NCBI GenBank assembly: GCA_017463665.1 | Contig: JAFTOT010000035.1 | Location: forward strand, 4,996 to 68,995 | Length of the DNA: 64,000 bases | Source of the DNA: Clostridia bacterium | Lineage (GTDB): Bacteria > Bacillota > Clostridia > Oscillospirales > CAG-272 | Direction of reading: 5' to 3' | Part shown: piece by piece, positions 40,435 through 50,103 of the stretch | How positions within the stretch are numbered: position 1 is the first letter of the stretch | How the letters are laid out: every line of letters begins with the position of its first letter | Program-made: the position numbers and the translations under genes | The notes under the pieces: model-generated | What the model saw: only the letters and a program-made list of their open reading frames with translations | Database searches by the model: none | Told to the model about the DNA's origin: nothing

Positions 40435-42114
40435 TTATTTATTATATTTTTTTCCTTCTTCGATCAATTCTCTTGCAGAAATCAGCATATTTTCGCTGAT
40501 GGTTACGCCGCCGAGAATTCTTGCGATCTCTTTTACGCGATCCTCACCGTCTATGGGCGTCACTTTTGTCTCCGTGCGCTCTCCGACCGTACTCTTTCGG
40601 ATCAACATATGCTGATCTGCAAGCGACGCGATCTGCGCAGAGTGCGTCACGCAGACCGTCTGCGCCTTCTTCGCACTTTCTTTTAGCTTGATGCCGATCT
40701 TGCGCGCTGTCTTGCCCGAAACGCCTGTGTCTACTTCGTCGTAAATGACAGTGTGTACGCCAAACGCCTCTGCAAAAACAGTTTTTACCGCGAGCATGAT
40801 TCTTGCAAGCTCTCCGCCGGAAGCGATCCTGGAAATGGGACGCGGTTCTTCGCCTCTGTTTGCGGAAATGAGAAAGACGACGGCATCGGCACCGCTCGGT
40901 GTCAGTTCGGCTGGTGTAACCGAAATGTCAAACACGACCTTTTCCATGTCCAAAAACTCGAGCTCGGAAAGTACCCGAGGGATGAGTTTCTCTGCTGCGC
41001 TTTTACGTGTCTTTGTCAATGCTGCCGCTGCATCCAACGCCGCTTGTTTTGTCTCTGTGCATTCACGTTCGGCACGCATAAGTGCATCGCCGATCTCATC
41101 CAGTGTTGCAAGCTCGGACTTCGACCGCGACAAAAGCTCTTTCAGTCCCGCTTCATCTGTCATAAAATGCTTCTTCAAACGATTGATCGTTTCCAATCGG
41201 CTTTCGATCCGATCAAGTCTCGCCGTTGGATCTTCTCCAACATCGCCTGTCAGATCATACACCGTTTCAGCAATATCCTCAGCCTCAAATTTGATCGTAT
41301 TGAGCCTTGCGGCAAGCTCTGCCGCCTCAGCAACGGTATCGGCGATCTGCATAAGCGCCGTCGAGCAGCGATCCAATATATATGCGGCATTTGCCTTTTC
41401 GGATCCTTTCAAAGCACGATACACAAACGAAGTCTGCTTGGAAATCTTCTCGGCATTGGCAACAATTCTCTTTTCGGCAAGCAATTTTTCTTCCTCGCCG
41501 ACCTGTATTTTTGCATTTTCCAGCAAACGGATCGTCTGCTTTAATTCTTTTTCTTTCTTCGCCTTTTCTCTTTCCTGCTCCTGTAAAGCGTCCAATGCGC
41601 GGCAGGAATTCTTCATCGCGGCATAGCGCTCCGCATAGGCAGAACGCGCATCCTCGTTTTGTGCATACGCATCCAAAAACAGAATATGGTTTTCGTCCTC
41701 TAAAAGTCGAAGGCTGTCATTTTGCCCGTGAATATTCACGAGCAGCGGCGCGATGGCACGCACGGTGGAGGAGCTGACAGCACGACCGCCGATCTTGCTC
41801 TGCGTTCTGCCGTCGGCACTCATCGTACGGCTGATCACCAGATTCCCGTCTTCATCCAACGAAAGATCATTTTCGGCAAGGCGTTTTTCCACCTCGCGAT
41901 CGAGATCCGAAAACATAGCGCTGACAAGCGCCCGTTCCTCTCCGCTGCGTAAAATATCTTTCGAGCTGCGTGCGCCGAGTAAAAAATTGATGCTGTCGAT
42001 CAAGATGGATTTGCCCGCACCGGTTTCACCTGTCAGTGCCGTGAAGCCGCTGTACAAGTCAATATCCACGCACTTGATCACCGCAATGTTTTCAATATGC
42101 AGTGAGACAAGCAT
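40435..42114 (-). CDS. recN: DNA repair protein RecN
   Basis: 559 aa with Walker A GETGAGKS, coiled coil, and a C-terminal SGGE signature. Confidence 0.93.
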   Translation of the reverse strand: MLVSLHIENIAVIKCVDIDLYSGFTALTGETGAGKSILIDSINFLLGARSSKDILRSGEERALVSAMFSDLDREVEKRLAENDLSLDEDGNLVISRTMSADGRTQSKIGGRAVSSSTVRAIAPLLVNIHGQNDSLRLLEDENHILFLDAYAQNEDARSAYAERYAAMKNSCRALDALQEQEREKAKKEKELKQTIRLLENAKIQVGEEEKLLAEKRIVANAEKISKQTSFVYRALKGSEKANAAYILDRCSTALMQIADTVAEAAELAARLNTIKFEAEDIAETVYDLTGDVGEDPTARLDRIESRLETINRLKKHFMTDEAGLKELLSRSKSELATLDEIGDALMRAERECTETKQAALDAAAALTKTRKSAAEKLIPRVLSELEFLDMEKVVFDISVTPAELTPSGADAVVFLISANRGEEPRPISRIASGGELARIMLAVKTVFAEAFGVHTVIYDEVDTGVSGKTARKIGIKLKESAKKAQTVCVTHSAQIASLADQHMLIRKSTVGERTETKVTPIDGEDRVKEIARILGGVTISENMLISARELIEEGKKYNK

Positions 42115-42126
42115 TTGCCAACCTCC

Positions 42127-42585
42127 TTATACCGAGCGCATCATATGCTTGATCTTCTCGGAAATATCTTTTGCTGCCGCTTCGCTCGACAAAACGATAA
42201 TGACCGTATCATCTCCTGCGACACAGCCGAGAATCTCCGGCGAATGGATCGAATCTATACCCGAGCCGATCGCATTGGCAAGGCCCGGAAAAGTTTTCAG
42301 TACAATAATATTATTCGCGTATGATACCTTGGTGATCGAATCCACCAGCACACCATTAAATTTCGGAGTAGGATTGGCAACCGGCTGACGCTCATGCGCC
42401 GCATACCGATAATTGCCCGTGCTGCCAATGATTTTTGTCAGTTTCAGCTCTCGGATATCGCGTGAAATTGTTGCCTGTGTTGCTTCAAAACCGAATTTGT
42501 TTAAATAAAAAATCAGTTCTTCCTGTGTCTCGATCTCATATTCCGCAATGAGCTCCAGAATTTTTTCCTGTCTTTTACTTTTCAC
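42127..42585 (-). CDS. argR: arginine repressor
   Basis: 152 aa with winged-helix N-terminus (QATISRDIRELKL) and C-terminal GTIAGDDT-like motif (GCVAGDDTV). GTG start after AAGAGGAA. Confidence 0.9.
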   Translation of the reverse strand: MKSKRQEKILELIAEYEIETQEELIFYLNKFGFEATQATISRDIRELKLTKIIGSTGNYRYAAHERQPVANPTPKFNGVLVDSITKVSYANNIIVLKTFPGLANAIGSGIDSIHSPEILGCVAGDDTVIIVLSSEAAAKDISEKIKHMMRSV

Positions 42586-42600
42586 GTGAATTCCTCTTTT

Positions 42601-43470
42601 CTAATTCTTCAATTCGTACTTGGATATCTTGCTGTTGAGCGTTTCAAAGAAACCGTCATTCTTCAGTGAAAGCATTTTGAGCGCCGTGTCTGCACGTCGA
42701 ACGATCAGATGTTCTCCGAGATAAAGCGGTCTTGTTTCCTCACCATCCACCGTAACCATCCAACGGGTTGCGCGATCGTCGCTATGTACGATTTCCAGAG
42801 TGCTATCCCCCGAGAATACTATCGGGCACGCATATCGTGAGATCGGTGCGATCGGTGTAGCACAAATACATTTGAGCGTGGGATCCAGCACACTGCCGCC
42901 TGCCGCCATGGAATATGCCGTAGAACCGGTCGGGGTCGCCACGATCAGACCGTCCGAACGAATGGTGCGAACATTTTTCCCGTCGGCACGCAAATCAATA
43001 TCAATACCGCGGGAATAACTGCCGCGTCCGATCACAACATCGTTGAGCACGGTTCCGAGCGGCAAAATCGCCCCATCCGCATTGCAGGCACAGACCGACA
43101 GCGTCATACGCTCCTCGATCGTGTACTGTCCTGCATAGATATTATCAATGAGATCCAGTTCATCCTTTTCCAGCTCCGCCATGTATCCAAGTCGTCCGAG
43201 ATTGATACCCAACAACGGAATATCATACCGCAGTGCATTTTGCGCAGCACGCAGAATGGAGCCGTCACCGCCCAGGACAACGATCAAGTCGCTGCTTTCG
43301 TATACAGCATCGGTTGCGGCAAAATGCACACTCTCTGCATACACTTCACCTGCGAAAGTATTCTCCATCCAAACCTCCGCGCCGTTTTTTAAAAACTGTG
43401 CAACCGTCTGTCTGATGTACAGATCATCCATTTCTTTGCGAATCGTCGGAAGGATCGCAACTCGTTTCAT
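42601..43470 (-). CDS. nadK: NAD kinase
   Basis: 289 aa with GGDGSILR and TPTGSTAYS motifs. Confidence 0.9.
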   Translation of the reverse strand: MKRVAILPTIRKEMDDLYIRQTVAQFLKNGAEVWMENTFAGEVYAESVHFAATDAVYESSDLIVVLGGDGSILRAAQNALRYDIPLLGINLGRLGYMAELEKDELDLIDNIYAGQYTIEERMTLSVCACNADGAILPLGTVLNDVVIGRGSYSRGIDIDLRADGKNVRTIRSDGLIVATPTGSTAYSMAAGGSVLDPTLKCICATPIAPISRYACPIVFSGDSTLEIVHSDDRATRWMVTVDGEETRPLYLGEHLIVRRADTALKMLSLKNDGFFETLNSKISKYELKN

Positions 43471-43472
43471 AC

Positions 43473-44261
43473 TTACCTCTTATTCACCATTTTGGAAATC
43501 AAAAGATCAACATTGCCGTCAAATGGAGCGATCGCGCCGCCTTTGGAAAAGCAAGCGAGATATTCGGTATTTCCATCACCGCCAAGGATCGGAGACACGG
43601 CGAGTCCGCAAAAGGAAAGCCCGTTTACCGCGGCGCAGTCGATCACCTTTTTGATCGCCATTGCGCGAGAAACAGAATTCTTCACAATACCGCCCTTGCC
43701 GATGGCATCGCGCCCTGCCTCAAACTGCGGTTTGATCAAACTGACAAAGAAAGCCTGTTCTTTCAGTATCCCTACAAGCGCTGGCAGAATCAAAGTCTGT
43801 GAAATAAAAGAAACATCCATAGCCGCAAGATCCACACCGCCATCGAAATCATTCAACACCAGATTTCGCGCGTTATACTTTTCCATGGACACCACACGTA
43901 CATCCGCCCGCAGTTTTGCCGCGAGCTGATCGGTACCCGCATCCACGGCATATACCCGCGCAGCGCCCTGTTCAAGCAGATATTCGGTAAATCCACCTGT
44001 AGAAGCACCGATATCGGCTGCAATCTTACCGTCCGCAGACAATGCAAACGCTTCAAACGCCGCTTTTAATTTCAGGGCTCCGCGGCTGACATAGCCAATC
44101 GGATCGCCGCTGACCTCGATCAAATCCCCTTCCCGCACTTCTGCGGAAGGCTTTGACGCAGGCTTGCCATTTAAAGTAACGCAGCCGCCCGCAATCATAA
44201 CTTTTGCACGCTGACGGCTGTCCGCAAAACCGTTTTCGGTCAAATATACATCCAGACGCAT
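43473..44261 (-). CDS. tlyA: TlyA-family rRNA 2'-O-methyltransferase (S4 + FtsJ domains)
   Basis: Start at ATG 44261 (MRLDVYLTENGF...) shares one base with the ispA TGA. SAM motif DIGASTGGFT. Confidence 0.85.
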   Translation of the reverse strand: MRLDVYLTENGFADSRQRAKVMIAGGCVTLNGKPASKPSAEVREGDLIEVSGDPIGYVSRGALKLKAAFEAFALSADGKIAADIGASTGGFTEYLLEQGAARVYAVDAGTDQLAAKLRADVRVVSMEKYNARNLVLNDFDGGVDLAAMDVSFISQTLILPALVGILKEQAFFVSLIKPQFEAGRDAIGKGGIVKNSVSRAMAIKKVIDCAAVNGLSFCGLAVSPILGGDGNTEYLACFSKGGAIAPFDGNVDLLISKMVNKR

Positions 44262-45136
44262 CAGCTTTTTCTTGTAAGCAGATATTCTGCAAGTGCGCAA
44301 AGCGTTTCGGAACCTGTATAGCCGCGGATGGCGTTGCATGCTTCCTCCGAAACTGTTTTTGCATATTGCAGCGCTTCCTCTGCATCCATAAAGGAAAGGA
44401 AGGTCGTTTTTTCGTTTTTTTGGTCACTGCCGATCGGCTTACCAAGCTCCTCGGTGCTACCGTATCGGTCAAGGATATCATCTATGATCTGAAATGCAAG
44501 TCCGATGCCTGCGCCGTAAGTATCCGCCGCTTGTATATCGGCATCGCTGCCGCCTGCAGCGATCACACCGAGCTTGGCTGCAGCACGAATCAGCGCACCG
44601 GTTTTATGCGCGTGCAGATTCAAGAGCTGATCAAACGAAAGTGTCTTACCTTCGCTTTCGATATCGATCATCTGTCCCTCACACATACCGTCCGCGCCCG
44701 ATGCTTTTACCAACACCTGCACAGCAGCAAGACGCTTTTCTGTATCGGTATGTATATTGGACGCTGCGCACTCGAATGCCGCAAACACCAATGCGTCTCC
44801 TGCAAGGAGTGCGGGGGCTTCACCAAAAACCTTATGGTTGGTCGGCTTACCGCGCCGCAGATCGTCATTGTCCATACAAGGCAGGTCGTCATGGATCAGG
44901 GAGAAAGTATGGATCATCTCCAGCGCGCAGGCGTACGGCATCGCCGCTTCCGCACTGCCGCCAAACAGCTTGCAGAATTCGATCACCAAAAAAGGTCTGA
45001 TACGTTTGCCGCCGCACATAGTGCTGTACTCCATCGCCTTGTACAGCGTGGTATTGTTCTTTCGAGCGAAAAAGTCCTGCAGTGCACGCTCAACCGTGGT
45101 AGCGTTTTCGACAATTTTATGTTTAATATCGCACAT
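44261..45136 (-). CDS. ispA: (2E,6E)-farnesyl/geranylgeranyl diphosphate synthase
   Basis: 291 aa with Asp-rich motifs HDDLPCMDNDDLRRGKPT and QIIDDILD. Confidence 0.88.
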   Translation of the reverse strand: MCDIKHKIVENATTVERALQDFFARKNNTTLYKAMEYSTMCGGKRIRPFLVIEFCKLFGGSAEAAMPYACALEMIHTFSLIHDDLPCMDNDDLRRGKPTNHKVFGEAPALLAGDALVFAAFECAASNIHTDTEKRLAAVQVLVKASGADGMCEGQMIDIESEGKTLSFDQLLNLHAHKTGALIRAAAKLGVIAAGGSDADIQAADTYGAGIGLAFQIIDDILDRYGSTEELGKPIGSDQKNEKTTFLSFMDAEEALQYAKTVSEEACNAIRGYTGSETLCALAEYLLTRKS

Positions 45137-45375
45137 TATTTCGTGCCTCCGACAAAGTCGGTTTCGTTCAAAGTTCCGTCTTCCCCTTTGGACAACAACT
45201 TCACTTTCTGCTCCGCGCCCTCCAGTTTTGCGTTACAGAGCTTGACCAGCGCAATTCCCTCTTCAAAGAGTCCGAGCGAGTCGTCGAGTGCCGCCGTGCC
45301 GCCCTCTAAAGAGCGAACGATCTCTTCGAGGCGTGCCATAGCTTCTTCAAAGGACTTTTCTTTTTTATCTGCCAT
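45136..45375 (-). CDS. xseB: exodeoxyribonuclease VII small subunit
   Basis: 79 aa with SFEEAMARLEEIVRSLE, typical of XseB. Confidence 0.88.
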   Translation of the reverse strand: MADKKEKSFEEAMARLEEIVRSLEGGTAALDDSLGLFEEGIALVKLCNAKLEGAEQKVKLLSKGEDGTLNETDFVGGTK

Positions 45376-45377
45376 CG

Positions 45378-46631
45378 TTATTCTCCGTTTCTAAGTAGAT
45401 TGTCAACGGTCGCCTGCACTGTGCCGTCTTTTACTCTGAGCAAAAAATGCTCTCCTGCCTTTGTATCGTTTACAGAGGCGATCACCTTTCCGCTTTCGTC
45501 CGAAGCGACCGAATAGCCGCGGGATAAGATGCCGAGAGGACTCAGCGCCTCAAGCTTTGCCGTGCGCTCAGATAGGCGATAGCGCTCTTTTGTCAGCTTT
45601 GCGCCGACCGCGCCATCCAATCGTTGTCCCAACATCAAAAGCTGCATCTTGCGTTCCTCAAACATTCGCTCGGGATGCGCAAAAACGCCTTGGGTACTGT
45701 AAAAATTCAAAATCTGCCTGCCGTTCTCGATCCGCTTGGAAATCAACAGCGACATGCGACCGATGATGTTGTCTATTTTTCGCATCAATTCATGCGTTTC
45801 GGGTACGGCAAGCTCTGCCGCCGCCGAAGGCGTGGGAGCACGTCTGTCGGCAACAAAATCACAGATCGTGAAATCGGTCTCATGCCCGACCGCAGAGATC
45901 GTCGGGATGACGGATGCCGCGACCGTGCGTGCAAGCTCCTCACTGTTAAATGCCCATAGGTCTTCGATCGAACCGCCGCCGCGCCCGATGATGATAACAT
46001 CCACATTACGCTGTGCATTGAAATACTGCATGCCCGCGATCAGAGACGGCGCCGCCTCGGCTCCCTGCACCAGTGCGGGATATAGGATCACCTTGGCATA
46101 CGGGAAACGTCTGCCGAGGATATTGATGATATCGCGGATCGCCGCGCCTGTCGGCGAGGTGATCACGCCGATGCGCGTCGGGATCTTCGGAAGCGGCTTT
46201 TTGCGCGCCTCGTCAAAGAGTCCCTCTGCGGCGAGTTTCTTTTTCAGTTGTTCAAAGGCGAAATACAGTGCACCGATTCCGTCAGGCTCCATACCGTCGC
46301 AGTATAGCTGATACTGACCGTCGCGCACAAAAGCGGATACCCTGCCGCGCACTAAGACTTTCATGCCGTTTTCGGGCACAAAGTTCAGCTTGCTCGCCGC
46401 ACTGCGAAACATGACCGCTTTGATCAGTGAGCCCTCGTCCTTGACCGTAAAATAGAAATGTCCTGTTTTATAGTGATTGGTAAAGTTGGAAATTTCCCCC
46501 TTCACGATCACGCGCGAGAGGAAGCCGTCGGCATCGATCTTCGCCTTGATATATTCATTCAGCTGCGTGACCGTCAGTGCACCGTCCGTAGTACTCTTCG
46601 GTACAGCAAACATATCGTCGAAATTCTCCAT
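45378..46631 (-). CDS. xseA: exodeoxyribonuclease VII large subunit
   Basis: 417 aa with an OB-fold N-terminus (GEISNF...[10 protein letters not shown]) and catalytic region GRGGGS.EDL. Confidence 0.92.
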   Translation of the reverse strand: MENFDDMFAVPKSTTDGALTVTQLNEYIKAKIDADGFLSRVIVKGEISNFTNHYKTGHFYFTVKDEGSLIKAVMFRSAASKLNFVPENGMKVLVRGRVSAFVRDGQYQLYCDGMEPDGIGALYFAFEQLKKKLAAEGLFDEARKKPLPKIPTRIGVITSPTGAAIRDIINILGRRFPYAKVILYPALVQGAEAAPSLIAGMQYFNAQRNVDVIIIGRGGGSIEDLWAFNSEELARTVAASVIPTISAVGHETDFTICDFVADRRAPTPSAAAELAVPETHELMRKIDNIIGRMSLLISKRIENGRQILNFYSTQGVFAHPERMFEERKMQLLMLGQRLDGAVGAKLTKERYRLSERTAKLEALSPLGILSRGYSVASDESGKVIASVNDTKAGEHFLLRVKDGTVQATVDNLLRNGE

Positions 46632-46642
46632 GCCGCCGCCTC

Positions 46643-47584
46643 CTATCTTTGAAAACTTCTTCTTGTTAATTCCGCAACGCCGACCGCATTGTCCGCCGAC
46701 AAAGCAGGCTCGGCAAAATATACATTCCCGAGCGGTTCCAGCATGCCGCGTATCATTTGGTTGCTCATGACGCCGCCGCCGAACAGGATCGTCAAATCAC
46801 CGTATTTTTCGCGTGCATCCTTTGCCATCTGTAAAAGCGTTTGACCGACGAAACACAGTACATATGCCGCCGTTTTGGTCTTATCGCCGCTCTCGTGATA
46901 CAGTTTTGCCGAAAGATTCTCGAGTCCCGAAAGATTGCAGTATCCATCCCGCACACTGATCTTCGGCTTAGGCACCTTACCGCTGTAGGCAGCCGCCGTA
47001 CGCTCCAATTCCGCACCGCATGGGAACTGCATCGCCATCATCACACCCGTGCGATCGATCGCCTGTCCGGCACTGAGATCGCGCGTGCCGCCGATGATCT
47101 CGGTGGCGAAACCTTCGTCGGCTTTATTACACAGCACGACTTCGGTCGTGCCGCCCGATACATGAAAAGCGATAAACGTATTTTCGGCAATGTCCCATGC
47201 CCCCGACGAAGTCAGTGCCGCCGCAATGTGTCCGCACTGATGCGAAAACGCATAAGCAGGGATCCCTCTCCCCAGACGGAAAGCAAGCGCCGCATCTTTG
47301 CCGCACAGAAAGCACGGCATATACGAGCCTTCAACATTCCGCGGCTTTGCGGAATAACCGACAGCGAGCACATCAAAACCCGTCAATGCTTCATCGGCTG
47401 CCGCCAGTACCTCCGGCAGATTCTTGATGTGCGCAAACACCGCGTCGCTCTGCCGCAGTCCGCATTCTCCCGCCGCAACCGGCAAGAGTTTTTTAATATT
47501 TGCAACGACCTTTCCGTCAGCATCCACGATGCCGATCGAGGTCGTATAATTGCTTGTGTCTATACCGACAAAGCAGCTTTTCAT
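46643..47584 (-). CDS. Kae1/TsaD-like ASKHA-fold protein (paralog of the t6A synthase subunit; function unknown)
   Basis: 313 aa. GIDTSNYTTS resembles the TsaD GIETSCDET motif, there is an HQCGH (HxxxH) metal motif, and a C-terminal GGV..N motif. ATGA overlap with the nusB stop. Confidence 0.65.
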   Translation of the reverse strand: MKSCFVGIDTSNYTTSIGIVDADGKVVANIKKLLPVAAGECGLRQSDAVFAHIKNLPEVLAAADEALTGFDVLAVGYSAKPRNVEGSYMPCFLCGKDAALAFRLGRGIPAYAFSHQCGHIAAALTSSGAWDIAENTFIAFHVSGGTTEVVLCNKADEGFATEIIGGTRDLSAGQAIDRTGVMMAMQFPCGAELERTAAAYSGKVPKPKISVRDGYCNLSGLENLSAKLYHESGDKTKTAAYVLCFVGQTLLQMAKDAREKYGDLTILFGGGVMSNQMIRGMLEPLGNVYFAEPALSADNAVGVAELTRRSFQR

Positions 47585-47985
47585 TTTTTGATTTCCTCTT
47601 TCACGGCGTTCAGAATACCGTTGACAAATCCCTTTGTCTTTTCATCGTCATACGCCTTGATCAGCTCTACCGCCTCATTGATCGAAACGCTTGCGGGGAT
47701 CGAATCAATATACAGCATCTCATAGATGGCAATGCGCATGATCGACTTTGCCACCTTTGCAATACGCGAGAGCTTTCTCCCCTTTGCATACTTTTCGATA
47801 TATGCGTCGAGCTCGTCGGCTTTTTCAATTATACCGAAGAACACTGTCTTGATATACTCGTTTTCCTCAATCTCTCTTGCGGCAAGAGCGGTGTCATACA
47901 GCGCCTGCTTGTCCTCGTAGATTCCATATTCATTCTCGAAAACCAACCCGAGGACGGCTTCTCTCGATTCATGTCTGTTCAGCAT
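47581..47985 (-). CDS. nusB: transcription antitermination factor NusB
   Basis: Start set to ATG at 47985 (MLNRHESREAVLGLVF), preceded by GGAG. Typical NusB helices. Confidence 0.88.
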   Translation of the reverse strand: MLNRHESREAVLGLVFENEYGIYEDKQALYDTALAAREIEENEYIKTVFFGIIEKADELDAYIEKYAKGRKLSRIAKVAKSIMRIAIYEMLYIDSIPASVSINEAVELIKAYDDEKTKGFVNGILNAVKEEIKK

Positions 47986-48109
47986 AGTAGCTCCATTTCT
48001 TTGTATGCAAAATTGCATGGTCTATCAACTTTATATTATATAATATCGAGTGAATATTGTCAATGAATATTCATCAACATTCACACAGTTTTCCTCTGCA
48101 AAATTTTTG

Positions 48110-48138
48110 TTGAAAGATACGAAAAAGTATGGTATGAT
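48110..48138 (+). promoter_or_regulatory. candidate sigma-A promoter for the 48174 operon
   Basis: TTGAAA (48110..48115), a 17-nt spacer, then TATGAT (48133..48138) with a TG two bases upstream (TGgTATGAT, extended -10-like). Confidence 0.4.
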
Positions 48139-48173
48139 ACCCATATACTGATATTTTAGGCGAGGTTGTTGTT

Positions 48174-48587
48174 ATGGCAAAAAAAATTCAAAAGATCCTA
48201 ACTGATTCCTGCATACTTTTTACGATTTTTGTATTTATTATATATGCGGCAGGATATTGCTTCCAGCAGAAATCCGTCACATTAGCCCTCAGTGGCACGG
48301 CGATGCTGCTTGGCGTCTGCATCGTTCTCTCCGTTTTCCGCAGAGTGCTTACATATAAGAAGCTCCCGATGATCGTTCGTATTCTTATCCATTATGCACT
48401 TGTGCTCGGTTCGGCGTTCTTAGGATTCGCCGTGATCGGAAAGATCATCTCCACATCGTTGCAATCGCTGATCATGCTTTCCGCGATCACATTGCTCTAT
48501 TCGATGTTCGCACTTGCATATGCATTCCTTGAGAGTAAACAGGATAAAAATGCAAAAGATGAATATACTTCTATGTTCAGAAAATAA
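48174..48587 (+). CDS. hypothetical integral membrane protein (about 4 TM helices)
   Basis: 137 aa, strongly hydrophobic segments, native codon usage. Confidence 0.5.
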   Translation: MAKKIQKILTDSCILFTIFVFIIYAAGYCFQQKSVTLALSGTAMLLGVCIVLSVFRRVLTYKKLPMIVRILIHYALVLGSAFLGFAVIGKIISTSLQSLIMLSAITLLYSMFALAYAFLESKQDKNAKDEYTSMFRK

Positions 48588-48625
48588 AAGATGTCAAAAG
48601 CACTTCACTTTCAGCAGGTGCTTTG

Positions 48626-49393
48626 ATGCGAAATACCGAATTTTTGGCGGTGGCATGTGCCTTTGCGCTTTGTTTGACCGCCGCACCATCGGAATATAGA
48701 TCAACGCGCCTGCACGATAGCACCGTGCAGGCGTTTTCTTTTGTCCCCGCCCTCTCCGATACTGTACCCGAGAGCGATGTACTGCTGGTTTCCACTGAAC
48801 ATGGCGGTGCCGACTATCTCAGTCGCATTGTCTTTCTCGGCGACTCGCGCACCTACGGACTCAAAGCCTTTTCCATGCTGGACGGCGGCGAGGAAACCGC
48901 ACAGGTCTGGACACCGCGCAGCGGTACTATGTCGATCTGGGATATGCAGCTCCAAAAAATCGTCTATCCCGAAACCGATACCGAGATGACCTGTGCCGAG
49001 GCGGCGGCGCTCAAACAACCCGAAATTCTTGTGATCTCTCTCGGGTTCAACGGCTTTGAAATGGTGCAAAAGGAATACTTTGTCTCCGAGTATTTGAAGC
49101 TGATTGAATCCATTCAAGCTGCCAGTCCGAACACCAAGATCGTCCTACAATCCATGTTTCCCGTCTGCCGATCGTATACACTGATCTCCAATGATTCCAT
49201 TCGCGAGGGCAACAAATGGATCGTGGAGATCGCCAAACGTGCAGAGGTGTATTACCTCAACACGCAGGAGGTCTTGACGGACGATGCGGGATATTTGATC
49301 GAGGACTACTCTACCGACGGCTGTCATCTGACACCGCTCGGGTTGGATGTAGAACTCGAATATATATGCACACACATGATAGGAGAAGATTGA
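48626..49393 (+). CDS. secreted SGNH/GDSL-family hydrolase
   Basis: Signal-like N-terminus, block I FLGDSRT, and block V DGCHLT (DxxH). ATG at 48626 is preferred over TTG at 48623. Confidence 0.7.
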   Translation: MRNTEFLAVACAFALCLTAAPSEYRSTRLHDSTVQAFSFVPALSDTVPESDVLLVSTEHGGADYLSRIVFLGDSRTYGLKAFSMLDGGEETAQVWTPRSGTMSIWDMQLQKIVYPETDTEMTCAEAAALKQPEILVISLGFNGFEMVQKEYFVSEYLKLIESIQAASPNTKIVLQSMFPVCRSYTLISNDSIREGNKWIVEIAKRAEVYYLNTQEVLTDDAGYLIEDYSTDGCHLTPLGLDVELEYICTHMIGED

Positions 49394-49394
49394 A

Positions 49395-49862
49395 ATGAAA
49401 AAAGGGTTCTGTTTGTTCATGGCTTGCTTACTACTGGTATCCTGCGGGCAGGTCAACGACGCTATCCCCGTGCAGATATTGGCAGACGCACTCGGTGAAG
49501 AGATCGACGGTTACAAAAATCTCGGTCAGGCAAGCTCGGACTATATCGGTTACTGCATGAGCAGCGATCTGTCGCTGTATGAGGAATATATCGTACTCTA
49601 CCCCTTTGCGGGAACCATGTACAACGAGATTGGCATTTTCAAGTTAAAAGACGCATCCGAGAAAGAAACAGGCATCGCCGAGATCCACCGCTATCTCGCC
49701 TTTAAACAGCAAAACTGGGACACCCGCTACCGCAGCGATGAACAGTCTAAAATCGAAAACGCCTCAGTCGTGTGCGAGGGACGGTATCTGCTGTATACGA
49801 TCCTAAGTCCCGAGGAAAGCGCAGCAGTCACCAAGCGCTTTGAAAAAGAACTGAAAAGATAA
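49395..49862 (+). CDS. lipoprotein (DUF4358-like)
   Basis: Lipobox LLLVSCGQ. The remainder resembles my recollection of DUF4358 proteins, which are often adjacent to SGNH hydrolases. Confidence 0.5.
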   Translation: MKKGFCLFMACLLLVSCGQVNDAIPVQILADALGEEIDGYKNLGQASSDYIGYCMSSDLSLYEEYIVLYPFAGTMYNEIGIFKLKDASEKETGIAEIHRYLAFKQQNWDTRYRSDEQSKIENASVVCEGRYLLYTILSPEESAAVTKRFEKELKR

Positions 49863-49898
49863 GCAAAGCACCAACGGCTCCCCGTTGGTGCTTTGCTT
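49861..49898. terminator. 17-bp perfect hairpin between convergent genes
   Basis: AAGCAAAGCACCAACGG-CTCC-CCGTTGGTGCTTTGCTT. There is no clear U-tract on either side. Confidence 0.5.
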
Positions 49899-49899
49899 A

Positions 49900-50103
49900 T
49901 TAGACTAAAAATGGATCCATGCCAAGCACGCTGCAAATGCGTATAACCGTATCGAAAGACGAACCGCCGATCCCTCGCGTCAAAAGTGTCATAAGTGAAC
50001 TATACGGAATATCCGCTTCGATAGAAAACTGCCGCAAACTGGCATAGTTATCAAGAATAGTGTTTCGCAAATTTTGTTCACGATCTTTATTATTCTTCAA
50101 CAA
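49900..50103 (-). CDS. small XRE-family helix-turn-helix protein
   Basis: 67 aa with LRQFSIEADIPYSSLMTLLTRG...DTVIRICSVLGMDP. TTG start 4 nt after GAGGTGG. Overlaps the DeoR stop by 14 nt. Confidence 0.5.
   Translation of the reverse strand: MLKNNKDREQNLRNTILDNYASLRQFSIEADIPYSSLMTLLTRGIGGSSFDTVIRICSVLGMDPFLV

Noticed and set aside
48042-48095. ARG box, Fur box or Rex site
   Set aside because: The spacing does not fit any of these. TGAAT and ATTCA are adjacent rather than separated by 4 W, and the sequence matches neither the 7-1-7 Fur pattern nor TTGTGAA-N4-TTCACAA.
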